Below, piece after piece: positions 15,101-30,440 of a DNA stretch of 64,000 nt. This stretch comes from Adineta vaga. Lineage: Eukaryota; Animalia; Rotifera. The notes under the pieces are model-generated. The model was not told the DNA's origin and made no database searches. It saw only the letters and a program-made list of their open reading frames with translations. Both the position numbers and the translations under genes were made by a program. How positions within the stretch are numbered: the first letter of the stretch is position 1; every line of letters begins with the position of its first letter. The stretch covers positions 8,618,001-8,682,000 of the forward strand of contig CP075494.1 of the NCBI GenBank assembly GCA_021613535.1, given 5' to 3'.

Positions 15101-16642
15101 CATTGATATTTATATCTTGACAAATAACACATGATTTCTAGTTTCTATCATATTGAAACGTAAGTTGAAGACGTTCATGAATTTACATCAATGTCTACTT
15201 TAAAACAATCTGAATATCGTATCTGAGTTTTTTTTAAAGTTCTTTAATCTATATAGTTGAAAGCATCGTGCGGGGATATTCAAAATGAGTTTGCCGGAAA
15301 TGACATGCTATCATAATGACATACATGTTGAGAAAAAGATTAATTCAGCGTTATTTTACTAACCATGAAAATTGAGTTATTTTTATCATGAAAACGAGAA
15401 ACCAATGAATATGTTTTTTTTATTCTGCAAAAGTTTGCACTCTGTATACGCCTTTCTCGTATAATATGAGTAAACGTTTATAAAAGAAAAATGAAAGATA
15501 ATCTCTTTGAGTAGATGAGACAGTACGAATGTTAGAAGAATATCTGAATATTAAATGTCTTTTCCAATCATTAGTTCATCAAGTAATTATCGAATCTTTT
15601 CTTTCTCTTTATTTCCTAGAAAACAATCCACGCTTAACATCTATTCAAGCCAATAACCGTGCGTCTTCCATGATTTCTTATTTATTAGTTAAAAAGAAAA
15701 GAATATGTCTTATTCTGATTAATGTGATTCCAAGAATTTGATGAATGTATTTTTTTTTACTTTTCTTCTATAATATAAAATTGTTCCTTTTACAAAGAAA
15801 AAGAACAGAATATTATGTGATGTATTTTTCTTGATGAATTGTAATAAAATTATCTGTTTGATTTCACATTTGAATTTGTAAAAAAACGATGGGATTAAAC
15901 TCATAATCAGAATAAACTTTTCGACATGAAACTATAAATGTAATGTAATAACATGGCTCAAGGTAGTTGATATGAGATTTAAGTTTGAGATTATAAAAAT
16001 GAATGCATTGATAAGCTTACTTTTGTCATTGTTAATTCTATATAGAGAAAAAAAAGATCATATTTATGAAACTTTAGAAAATATACAAAAGAGTCTTATA
16101 GGTATCAATAAAATTTACTGCCGTTGGAAAAAAAGGTGAACTACTAAGAATGTACTCATGCTCAACTATTCATTGAACAATAGGAGAAATACCTCAAACA
16201 TATTGTTTAAATATTTTATTACAGCTTGATTTCTATTACACTAATCAACGAATGTTACGCGTAAATTTTTTGCAACGTAATCCTTTAGTAACGACATCTA
16301 TAGTTCGTCTATTCAAAATCAAATCATACGAATTGTAAAACTACTTCCTTTCCGTTTTTGTAATTCGATTTTATAAAATCAATTTAAAAAACGTATTTTT
16401 TCCGAAAAATTAAAGCGCCATCTAACTAATGATCATTTTAGTACAGTTTCTTTGATTGGCTAACTAATCCAATTGAATTACTTTCTGACTTGCTGCCATT
16501 TGTTTATTTGTTTTATCTTTGTTCTTACTATAATCGACTGTCAGTGTCAGTCAGTCATTTAATCACTTCACTTTGATTTGTTAAGTATCTTATTAGCATA
16601 TTCTTTCTTTCTTTTTTTTGCGATTACTTTTTCGAATGTTGA

Positions 16643-18295
<1,653 letters not shown>

Positions 18296-20927
18296 TTCGC
18301 ATTCAACTTTATTATTTCTATGTTCTTTTTCACTTCTCATATGTTGTACATTGATTTCATTGTAGTTTGCTTCTGTATGTTTGTCTGTAGTTTTCTTCTC
18401 TGTTTTGTTTCCTTTTCATTCCACATAAATCTTATATATATATATATATATATGTGTGTTTCGTGTGGAATCTCTCTCTCTCTCACTTTGTCATATGTCT
18501 CTTTAAATACTTGTTTGTTTCGGCTTCTAAAGTAATTTCTTTTCTTCGACTTAAATCAATAGCTCCCCTCTTCTTTCCATCTAACAAACATACAAATAAA
18601 ACATGTATTCATGAATACGATATGAAAGATAACTATCTATGTTCAAAACACTTATTTTTCAAATGTAAACATAACAACTCCTATGATACATAAAATAAAT
18701 GATTTTATTATTGATAAAAATAGATATGTGTGCATATTCATACTATTTATACCAACCGTATTATTTTCTTCCGATATAGAAGGAATTTTTATCTCATTCT
18801 TTGAAACTTCCACTATATATATATATATTAACTGACATATTCAAAATGGTTTTGTTTATATAACTAAAACAAGCGATCTTCTTCAATAAATGTCATTAAT
18901 GACACGAAATATTAAAGTTAACAGACGAATCGATACGATGTCTTGCAATCGTATGTCAAAGAAAAAGTATGTGGGTGTATATAATAATAAAGATTTGCAG
19001 CTGTTAATTTGTAAATGATGTACTGATGTAAATGAATTCGAACATAAAAACTCGCCGTCGATAATATCGGAAATGATGATATAAATAATCCATAACAAAT
19101 TAAACGATAATTAGTGATTGCTTGGTATCATTTAATAAACAATGACGGTGCTATTCTCGCCAAATAAGCTTATACATTCGGTACTAAGATTTACGACTGC
19201 TACACAGATCATAGGTCTATTTCTTTAGGGAAAGACTTGCATTAGCCACTAATATATAGCAATATATATATATATATTGCTTAAGTGCTGTTACTTTCCG
19301 GAAAGAATGAATCTTCACTCCGTTTTACATGTTTTGTCCATTGATATAAACTCTTCCGTAGCTGTTAGTTAACGTCCATTGTCTTAGAACTCTATCCAAT
19401 AATTTACTTATCTATGAGAACAATGAACAATCAATAAAAATTTTGAGAACCATTTATCAATCCATTAATATTCATTAATAAATAATTACAAAGATCTATT
19501 TTTCTTCTCCTTTTTTTCAAGTGTTCATTTCCTACAATGTTTATCTTTTCTTTTGACCATTAGAAGATATTTGTCATTCTAATCGACGATCTTAGTTTTT
19601 CCGAAAAAAAAGAACCTTGACGGATTTACACACATTAAACAATTGATTACCTTAAAAGATGATGTTTATTTAAAGTACTCTTCCATTCATTTCCATGAAA
19701 CTATGCTTGCAACAAGTGTGAATAAAACGTAAGTAAAGAGATTCTACACATTTCTACAACTGATAGTTGTTCTAGTTCGCTTGGAATTCTATATCAATAG
19801 TATCATGCGTTCTTAATAGATATCTTAGCAGTGATCTTGATTCTCTTTACAGAAATTATTTCAGGTCATCTATTTGATTAAGAAGTGTACCGACGACATT
19901 CCCATCGAGTAAACAGATGTTAAGATTTCCAGAATTGATACATTTTTCTCTGCCATTTCGAATAAGTGTTAATATAACAGATATTAACATCTAATGTTAA
20001 TTAGATTTTGTGTAAAGTAAATGATGCTTTACGTATATATTCAGATCAAAGTCTATACTTGTAATCTTCATGGTCAATAATGACTTTGAACGAAGTGTCA
20101 AACGTCTAGGAAATGATTTCATTTCTCGTTTAGATTATCTTAATAAATGTCAATTGATCTTTCACGTTATTAATAATAAACATTTCTTTCTCGAAGTTTT
20201 ATTTTCCTATAAACATGAGAAAAGCATATTTCCAGTTTTATATTACACATTAGTATTGAATCAACATACGCTCGTTTAATTGCTTAACATATGGCTAATA
20301 TAAAAAAGAAGCATCACTAGTTATCGTTACAAGACTGATGTGAAGATCTATCGTCATGCTGATTAACAGCAAAACAAAATTGATTTGAATTCGATCTCTA
20401 TATCCCATTCTATCCATTTTTCCTTTCTGTTCTTATCAATTCTGCAATTTTATATATAATCAGTCAAGAAAATATCAACGGATGTAAAGATAATAATGAA
20501 AGTTCAATATTAGAATAGAGAGAAGAAAAAAAACCTAAGAGAAAGAAAAAAGTCTAGTTAAAAGCAGCACAATTAAGAGACAAAAAAAAATTCCATCTCG
20601 TTGTCTCTTTCTCTCTGGCTCGTTTCTCGATGCGCTTCATAGCTATCAACATCAATAATATCGGGATTCTTTCTTTTGTTGTGCTCTTGTCTCTTGTCAA
20701 TGAAGGGAAGATAAAGACAATGGACTTTTCTTTAGGCTTGTCTTGCTTCTTTGATTTTCCATCCATCCCTTTCTTTGTGATATTTCAATGACAAAGCAAT
20801 AGCAGTAATGTGCGCACGAAAGACAATCGATATATATATATATAATGGTCACAAGTGTTAGAAAGTGACGTATGTTCGAGATTTCCGTTCTTAACGATTG
20901 ATGAATACGAATCGATAGTTCAAACGC

Positions 20928-21392
20928 ATGGGAACTCCAGTCACCATTCAAATTGCTGCATCTTCAAACTATAATGATTAGTAAGTAAAAAATAAGAAAA
21001 GGAAAATCATGAGAAAATAGGGATTAATTTTATTAAATAGAAAAGTTCTATTTTAAGTAAATTGGTTAAATGATTCAAAAGAAATTACATTGATAATTTT
21101 CGATTTACATCTCTTTTATAAACTAATCATCTTTTCTGCATGAATAGATCAGACTAAATCTTACTAAAATCTTCTTTGTTTTCTAACCATCTGATAACAT
21201 TTGATTTTTTGAAAAGAAAAAGAAATGAAAAATTAATAACTAGATTATATTTCATTTGACTTTTTTTTCATTTTCTAGCGATAGTCAAACAAACCATCGA
21301 CGTCCAATAAATGAACGTCGTGATCATGAAAATGTTTTATTATATAATTATGACGGTAGTCAACATACAAAATATGGTACAAGTCCATTATC
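20928..21392 (+). other. Putative Shaker alternative N-terminus A (exons 20928-20980 and 21279-21392)
   Basis: [18 protein letters not shown]|DSQTNHRRP...GTSPLS; GTAAGT donors, TTTTCTAG acceptor, open frame, phase 2 throughout. Confidence 0.65.
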
Positions 21393-24300
21393 GTAAGTTT
21401 TCCGTTTCATGGCAAAAGCTTGTTCTTATTATCTAATTTAATAATAAACATAACAATACTTATTTGAAAGTGAAGAAGCACTTGATTGAAGGAAAAATCA
21501 TATCTGTTATTTACAAATAGATTGATCGAAAAAAGAAAATCAACTTCGATTTTTCTCAAGGTCAATATTTATTTGTAAAAGAATTATTCAATTATACCAT
21601 TGAATTAGTCATTTTTTTTGTCTTTCTCATTTTTTCCTTTACTATCGTTATTTTATTAGACTTAGCTTTTATTCCGTCAATGTTGCTACTGCTACTACTA
21701 CAACTCCTATTCTTCTTCTTCTTCTTCTTTCTTTTTTTTTTATCAACATAGTTCGTATATATATTCTTTAGGAAAGAACGAGTAAAAAGAAAGGGAAAAA
21801 AAAGAAAGAACTAATGTGCTTTTCTATTAAGCTCACAGCACTAGCTTGTTAGTAATATGCAAGAATAATATGCGTAATGCTAATACCCTCAGCGTCGGTT
21901 CGTCGTCGCGCTCAATGAAATTTTCGACACGACACGCATGTGCTTTCTCGCTCGTTCCGACTGTTGTGCTGTGATGATAGTATTAGTAGCAGGCGTATTG
22001 TATAATAAAATGCGAGAAAGTAGAAGAAAAAGAAGAAAAAAACAAAGGGTAGGAAAGGAAGAGAGAGAGCGAGAGAGAGAAGGGAAGAGAAGAGAGAAGA
22101 GAAAGACTATGTGAGCGCATGTTCATCATCAGACGCGAATGCTTTTACACTGCCTTTCTTTCTCCTTGACTATGCAATGAGAAAAGACGAGGCCCATGCG
22201 ACTGACGACGAAGGAAAATGGAGAGTATAGGAGTGACTATTGCCGTTTTCAAACGCAAGCAAAATAAAGCGCTACTCGTTTCATGTGTGTGTGTTGACTT
22301 CCGAGTATGATATACAACAAGTGATTGGTAATCTTCTAAAATAATATTCAAACAAATTTTTACACGTATATTTAAATACCTGAACAAAAAACTCTTTTCA
22401 AAATGACGATGGCAACGGTTTGGCAACATGTTTCGTTGAACGATCATCCAATGTAAGTAGAAAAGAATAGTGATTTGTAAATATGATAAAAACAGCTTTT
22501 ATCATTATTTGCTTATGTCACCCATAAACGATTCGATATTTTGCGTATATCGTACTCAGTTGTCTTAGATCGACATACAAGCAACGGAACGAAGACACTT
22601 CGTAGCCACAAATTCCTTTCCTCTCTCTCTCTCTTTTTTTTCTTGTCACTAACATACGATTTTCTGGCGTTCGATTGACGTTCGCGTGTTGCTTTTTTTT
22701 CATATTATTAGAAAGAAAAGAATTAAATATAAAGACAGAAACTATATTACCATGTATAAATTACAATCATTCGTGTCTTCTATAGATCTACATATTGTTA
22801 GAAGTGAACTAGGAAAAAGAAGAAGAAGAAATAACAACAGCACTCAAGCATTTGTAATTTTTTTAGTCAAGAAGCTTTCTGTATATGATAGTCTTCTTTG
22901 AAAGAGATGTCTACTAAGTGCATGTTATTAATGGGCTAAAAGTCGAAGATGATTTTGTTCAATTTCGAAGAACAAAAAAACCGGATAAATGATGAAATGT
23001 GGTGAAAGATTAATTATTTGTATTCTTAGAATATTGTTTAGGTTTTGTTTGTCAAGGATAAAGAATTCTAATTACTCTTTCATAATATAATTTGATTTTG
23101 AACTCAACGTTCTACTTAATTCTTTGATTGATATAACTACGTCGTTCACTCAGGAAAATTAGATATGAAGAAAAGAGAAACTCAAAGAGAGAGACAGAGA
23201 GAGAGAAAGAAAGAGAGACATAGAAACATAGTCAAGCACAACATTTGAAATTGAAACAATAGAGAAAAGGTCATTTATGATGATAGATGAATTGGCTCGA
23301 TGATAGAGAAAATATTGTATTAGTAACTGAAGTGATTATTGTTCTCTCGGGTTTTTTCGATGTTTTGACGTCACTAAAGGATACGACAGAAATGCAAGCT
23401 TAAGATTAGTAACATCTCCTATTACACATCGTTTGCGACTTTCGGTATCCTTCTTCTTCTATTCTATCTCTTCATTTCTGCTTTTCTGTTCTTATTAATA
23501 TTTACTGTTATTGGTCTTATGTATATGTGGTGCCATTAGGAAACGTCATTTTCAGATTCTTTCTTCTTTTTTTGCTTGTCTAATCTTTCTATGCTTTTCT
23601 CGTGACTATTGATATCATCTTTCTTCTCGAGAATAAATCGACTTAGAAATCCATCAATCAATATACCTCTGAAAACAGCTGTGATTTTCTAATGATTCTT
23701 ACTGATCGATCTCTGTAAGTGTTGATCTTTCTTTTCTCCATTAATTATTGAAATCTTTCCATTCGTAAACAAAAGCGGTCATGAAACAACACGTCGACGT
23801 GGTGTCGATTTTAATAATGATCAGTCATCAAATGCCGCCCGATCAACCGGTCGACATATGTCTCTTGTTCACCATGGTCCAATACATGATCTTTCAAATG
23901 GTATCAATACTTCCACACCGTTCGATGGTGAAATACCACGAACATCTACTGTTAATTGTCTTGTACCCGGTAGTATAGCCGTTACTGGCAGGTGAGATAA
24001 AATCGACTAGAAGAAAAAGAAAATCAAATCATGTTTATTTATAAGTGATGACTTGATGTTGATTGACATTTGATAATCTTTGCTTATCATTATTGTTAAT
24101 ATTATTATTATGTGTTATAGTGAAGTTTATTATTTCTAAAATGAGTGACAAGGATTAATGTGTATATTATTGATAGACTAAGAGATAAATCAAATATTGA
24201 GACTTGCTTTTTTTCTTCTTCTTTGTTTATAATAATGGTGAGAAATTCTTTAGTGATATAAATATATGTTGGATAAATCTGCGTAGTTTAGCTTGTAGTT

Positions 24301-24943
24301 ATTCGTATATATGTAAGAAATAACTTTTTCTTTTAATTTAACTAAAAGTAGCGGATGTTATAAATGAAATGAAAGGTTCTTTTTCTTGCTAGGATTCAAA
24401 TCGTTCTTGAATTTTAATAATTGAAAAAGACATGAATTTCTATTAGTTGTTTTCAAAATCTATAATTTAAACCGTATTTAAATGTCATTTTCAAACGATC
24501 TATTATTTCGAAGAAATAGCTTCTTTTTTTTTCTTGTTCTTATGACATTAAACATAGAGAGAGCTATTAATAAATGATATGCATCTGCATATTCGAGTCC
24601 AGATAATCATTATACAGCAATGACATTTTGCATTCTAGTCTTTATTTAGAAATAATCATCGTCTACATTCTTTCTTTTAATAAAACGAGATTCCTATTGA
24701 TTAATCTTTACATATAAAAAAGAATTGGTCAAGCTAGAAATTTCACCAAGAATTGTTTACATTGATCGGATATGTGTATATGTTAATACGATTAGAAAGT
24801 GGTCAGAAAAAGAAAACCTTGCCATTAAGACATTCTGTGTTGTACAGATGCGTATTAATATAACCTTGTTTGACGAACGTCGTTGTCATCATTTGTCCTC
24901 TTTACGTCTTATCGGTGGGATTTATAGATGTGGAAATAATTGG

Positions 24944-24980
<37 letters not shown>

Positions 24981-27814
24981 AGAGAAGAAAGAGACAAGAG
25001 ATATTCTAGTCTTTTTCTCGACAGTTCTTTCTGTTGTCATTGCTTCAACTAAATCTTACTGTTATTAGAATTATTGTTTTCTTGTTGACGACATGCTTAC
25101 AAGCAATCTTCAGCTTATCAACGATGAAGTAGAAGAAATGTGAATCTAATAGCTTAATTAACCTTTTCTTTATTCTATCTATTCATCTTTTACGATCATT
25201 ATTTTTTCTTTCTCATCATCACCGCTGGATCTCTTGAGTAACAGACACTATTGGTTGTTATCTGTTGCTTTTCTTCTTTTTCCAAACGTGTCATTGTATG
25301 CATGCTCGAACGAGGATGTTGTCTGTGTTGGTGTTGCTCCGGGGAGCAAAATCATGACACATGTTGTTCTCTAGTTTTGTTTGCCAATACTAGTTATTTC
25401 AAAGAACAACTGCTCATGCTGTGAGTAATATCTTGAAAATTAGCTCTATTCATTTTCTCGAAAGAAAATGAAAAGAAAATAAATAAATAAATAAATATGT
25501 ATGTATGTATTCGATTTGTTTTTTTAATTTTGTTTCGTCTATAGGGCATTTTCTCGTCCATTGGATGAAGAGTTAACCCTTGAAGAACAATTAGAAGCAT
25601 CCAAACATCCCGACTACGAATCAACGGAACGTGTTGTTATCAATGTATCCGGCTTAAAATTTGAAACACAATTACAAACATTGAATAATTTTCCTCGAAC
25701 ATTACTGGGCAATCCTTCACGACGTGTTTGCTTTTTTGATCCATTACGAAATGAATATTTTTTTGATCGAAATCGACCGAGTTTCGATGCTATTCTCTAT
25801 TTTTATCAATCCAATGGTCGACTTCGACGACCAAATCATGTACCTATTGGTAAACGAATAATAATGAAATCCGTTCCTAAATATCTACGTTTTTGTTCTT
25901 GTTCTAGATGTGTTTACAGAAGAAATCAAATTTTTTGAATTAGGCGAAGATGCATTTAATAAATTCCGTGAAGATGAAGGTTTTATTAAAGAAGAAGAAC
26001 GTATATTACCCAAACCTGAAGTTCAACGCAAGATTTGGCTTCTCTTCGAATATCCTGAAACGTCACAATGGGCACGTGTTATTGCTCTGATATCTGTCAT
26101 TGTTATTCTTATGTCAATTGTCATATTTTGTCTTGGTAAGTGATCGATTATGTACTCATTTTTACATTCAAGAATTCAAACTAGTACATGAATATATAAC
26201 CATCTGAAGCAAGAAGAATGATTAGAGACTTCAATCATAGCGATGATATAGAACCTAATCAATAAATCACTTTGACATTTTCGAAGTTGATCCATCATGA
26301 TGAATGCATGAATGATAAAGACGAGAAGATAACCTTGAGTTCGTTTTTTGCGTGCAAACCCTCGATTGATAAGTACATTCTATTATTCCTATAGGAGACA
26401 GGTTTTCTTCAAATCAAATCATACCGATCCGTAAGAAGTTACTCGAAGACCATGACAAATATCTAGCTACAGTTTTCTTCCTGTATATCGTCAAAATGAT
26501 GATTACGAAGATTGTTTAACAAAAAAATCAGAACATATATGTATTATTTTAAAAAGTTAAGCAAGACGTTAATTAGGTTAGCATTTAGTTAAACAAAAAG
26601 TCATCTTTCAAATGTCAAGTTATTTTTATCTACTTATATAGAAATAGACATTGTATATTTTCGTATTTTAGAAACCCTTCCTAAATTTAAACGTTATCGC
26701 GTTCGACCAGCTGACAATACATCTTATGATTCATCTCGTTTAACTATTGAAGAAGATGATATCCCTGAACTAACAGAACCATTTTTTATCATTGAAACAT
26801 GTTGTATTATATGGTTTTCATTTGAATTAATTGTTCGTCTTGCTTCATGTCCATTGAAACTTGTCTTTCTTAAATCAATGATGAATATTATTGATATCGT
26901 CGCTATTGTACCTTATTTCATAACATTATTTACCATCTTAGCTGAAGAAAAAACGAAATCAAATCAAGCAATGTCCTTAGCTATTCTACGTGTTATACGT
27001 CTTGTTCGCGTTTTTCGTATCTTTAAATTATCGAGACATTCAAAAGGTCTACAAATCTTAGGTCAAACATTGCGTGCAAGTATGCAAGAATTGGCTCTCT
27101 TGATATTTTTTCTCTTCATTGGTGTTATACTATTCTCATCGGCGGTTTACTTTGCTGAACAAGGAGAACCAGAATCATTTTTTAAATCTATACCTGATGC
27201 ATTCTGGTGGGCGATGATCACAATGACAACGGTATGCTAATAGTTTTTGATCAGAATATATTTATTTAATTCTCATATTTCTAATCATCTTTAAATATCT
27301 TTAGGTTGGGTATGGAGATATGAGACCAGTCGGTATTTTTGGTAAAATTGTTGGTTCGATGTGTGCTATTGCCGGTGTTCTTACAATTGCTTTGCCGGTA
27401 CCTGTTATTGTATCGAATTTTAACTATTTCTATCATCGAGATATTGATTCCGAAGAACAAAAAGATATCAAATATTCGAGTGCAGGGACATGTACTCCAC
27501 CCGCTGGTGATATGACAACAGATCAATTTGCATTATCAATACCAGGAAGTAGTAGTGGTGGAGGAATACTAAAAGGAAAGAAATCGATTTCATCTATGGA
27601 TGGACATTATCATTTGGATGAATCAGATGCTTTTCTTCATTCATATTCTGTTGTTGACGATGCAACTTATCGTTCTCCAACTGCCAATCATAAAACGACC
27701 CGAACTTCTCCAACACAACAATTAACTCAAAGAAAAATTTCAGCAACCAATAATAATAATAATAATAGTCTACATACATCAACTGAACCATTGAATGTTG
27801 AAACAGACGTCTAG
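20928..27814 (+). CDS. Sh: Shaker/Kv1 voltage-gated potassium channel; core exons 25545-27814 plus alternative 5' coding exons
   Basis: T1 domain [15 protein letters not shown]...[17 protein letters not shown]; S4 [22 protein letters not shown]; pore MTT|VGYGD split by intron 27232-27304; S6 [15 protein letters not shown]; PDZ ligand ETDV. 5' extent inferred from phase-2 exons. Confidence 0.93.
22403..22452 (+). other. Putative Shaker alternative first exon B
   Basis: [16 protein letters not shown] followed by a phase-2 GTAAGT donor at 22453; GA repeats upstream. Confidence 0.6.
23692..23991 (+). other. Putative Shaker first exon C (23692-23714) and internal exon 23776-23991
   Basis: MILTDRSL|[12 protein letters not shown]...GSIAVTGR; GTAAGT and GTGAG donors; splices in frame to 25545. 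Confidence 0.7.
24946..24982. repeat. (GA)n microsatellite
   Basis: Visible GA run; similar GA tracts at about 8482-8519, 22060-22105 and 23187-23220. Confidence 0.9.
25302..25420 (+). other. Putative Shaker alternative first exon D, cysteine-rich
   Basis: [40 protein letters not shown]; phase-2 GTGAGT donor at 25421, in frame with the acceptor before 25545. Confidence 0.65.
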
Positions 27815-28555
27815 TGGAATATCACTGACTCATATCCGTCCACCTATTCTGATTAGTTTAATTAGCCTTTATTATTTATTAATTTGTCACTTACGTATAA
27901 TATATATATATATATATATATAATAGTCATTCTGTTGTGTATGCAGTTCATAACCGGTCTCGCAAACAAAAAAAATTGTAAAAGAAATTATTTAAAATGA
28001 TGTGTTCAGATAGAGAGAAGATAATTTAGCAATTGCAATTCGAATTAATGATTTATACTATGGAAATGAAAGACATGTGTTTTTTTTCCTTGTTCTGTTT
28101 GTGTTTTGAACGAAACCTTATTTTGATAGAAGAACAGAACTGTTTTGCCCAGTGTTTTTTTTGTAACTTTCTTTTTTTTTTGTGTAACAGATCTTAACTT
28201 TTATGATTATTGTTCTATTTTCTCATGTATATTTATGGACGTAATTTACACGTTTGTTCTTTGATAAAATGAAAAATGACAAAAAACATTGTACCGATCT
28301 GTAAACGAAAAAAATACAAACAGTAACTTGTTTATATTTCGCAAACAAAGTGAATGGGAATTCATTTATTTTTGAAATTGAATTAGAAAAATAAGTAATA
28401 TAGTTGTACTAGAGAAACTATTGCATGTTATTTGTAAAAACCAGAATATTTCTTAACCAATGATTATCTGAGAATAGAATTTTTGCTTTTATTTCATCGA
28501 AGAACAACATTTTTCTTCTCTCTTTCTTTTTTTAAAAATCATTTGTTTTCCATCA

Positions 28556-29184
28556 ATGTCACCTATACGTTTAGTTCTATTAGCATACATTCTTGTTCAT
28601 TATTCTTCTTCTACAAATGACTTAACATTTCAAACTCAACCTCGACCCGTACGTATTAATAATCAAGATATTTATGTCATTAATGAAGCTAATTATATCG
28701 GTCAAGTTTTATATCGATATGATCGTATTCAATTGGCGTGCGAATGTTATACCGAAGAGAACGACATCAAATATAGTATCTATTGGACAATAAATAATAA
28801 AACGATCTCTCATTATAATAATTCCAATCATATTCAATTAGTTATGAATAAAACTAATGTAAAAGTACCAGTAACATATGTCGCATGTCATTGTGTATTT
28901 TATCGAACAAATTTTAATAAAATAACAAGTTATTATCAGTATAAACTCTATATAGGTAAGACAATAGATTGAAGATTTCGTCGTATTTATTATATATGAA
29001 ATTTTAAGATCTGGAAAGTGAACCATCATTAGAAATGATTCGATATTCTGTTCAAACAAGTATGATCAAAGCACATGTCGATGATTTTCTTCATCGTCAT
29101 GTTGTCGCAATTGTTAGTTTGGCTGTGGTCATGATTGGAATAACATTTTCATTGATTATTTTTAATTGGAGTGCTTTTCGCTAA
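28556..29184 (+). CDS. Small single-pass membrane protein with one Ig-like domain, 2 exons
   Basis: Signal peptide; IQLACEC...IYWTINN...YVACHC Cys-Trp-Cys spacing; phase-1 intron at about 28956-29008; C-terminal TM VVAIVSLAVVMIGITFSLIIF; TAA at 29184. Confidence 0.7.
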
Positions 29185-29788
29185 ATTTTTTTCCTATATT
29201 TATTCAATAACGATAAGAGCCTTCTTTTTCAGAATACATCTTATGAGAATTTAGTATTACTAATGAACGGATGTGAATACGAGTCATGGATATTCTCAAT
29301 ATTCATATTACCCTGGATAATTCAGGTGAACGTGTAATGACATGACACATAATTTTCTACAAAACCAGACACTGCTTGTTTGAGAGCAATGCAATCGACC
29401 GATTGATAGATAAGATGAGTCATCGTTCGTTTTAAATTCGATCGAATCGAACAGATGTCACTTGTCATCTGATAGAATCATATGAATTAAATTTGATATT
29501 TTTTATCTTAAAGAAAACTTTTCAAGAAAAATTTCATAAAATTTCATCCAAAAATCGATTTATTATAAAACACATGTTATTCAATAGATGAAATAAGTCT
29601 TCTCGAATCTGATTGGTGATTTAGAAATCCTAAGTTCTTCATTGATTTGTCTTGTTTATTTTGTCAGATTCAAAAGTATTTTCTTGCAAAAAAACATAAT
29701 AAATTCAAATCTCTGTTCATTTTAGATCTTTGTCGATTTCACGTGAATAAAAATCTTTTCAAACTATTCACATTGAACTTCCTCAAAC

Positions 29789-30163
29789 ATGGCAACAAAA
29801 GATCCAACTAGCGGTAAAATTCCAGCTCAAGCTGGTGCTGGCGAACAACAAGAATATAAAATTCGCATCACATTAACATCTCGCAATGTCAAATCACTCG
29901 AAAAAGTCTGTGCTGATTTAATACAAAAGGCAAAAGATGAAGAAATCCGTGTCAAAGGACCCGTACGTATGCCAACAAAAGTTTTACGTATAACAACACG
30001 TAAAACACCCTGTGGTGAAGGTTCAAAAACATGGGATCGTTTTCAAATGCGTATTCATAAACGTGTTGTCGATTTACATTCAAAATCAGAAATTGTCAAA
30101 CAAATTACATCAATTAGTATTGAACCTGGTGTAGATGTTGAAGTGACAGTTGCTGATAGTTAA
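29789..30163 (+). CDS. RPS20: 40S ribosomal protein S20 (uS10)
   Basis: [53 protein letters not shown]. Confidence 0.99.
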   Translation: MATKDPTSGKIPAQAGAGEQQEYKIRITLTSRNVKSLEKVCADLIQKAKDEEIRVKGPVRMPTKVLRITTRKTPCGEGSKTWDRFQMRIHKRVVDLHSKSEIVKQITSISIEPGVDVEVTVADS

Positions 30164-30440
30164 ACATCCTTATCAGAACGAACAATTGATTTCAACAATG
30201 AAGAATCGACATGCGCATGAAGACAAAAACAAAACATCAAGATCATCATTCAAGCAATGTGTCGTTTCTTCGTGTTTTTCTCTATTGTTGATATTGTTTT
30301 GTTCATATTAAATAAAAAATAAAAATCAACATTAACAGTAACAACTATAATAAAATCTTACTCTTATCAATCATTCTAGAAATATATATATATATACATA
30401 CATACATACATCAAAAAGAATCATAGAATAAAGTGATAAG

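Noticed and set aside
19258-19281. Perfect palindrome AGCAA(TA)nTTGCT
   Set aside because: Mostly a self-complementary TA microsatellite; expected by chance here.
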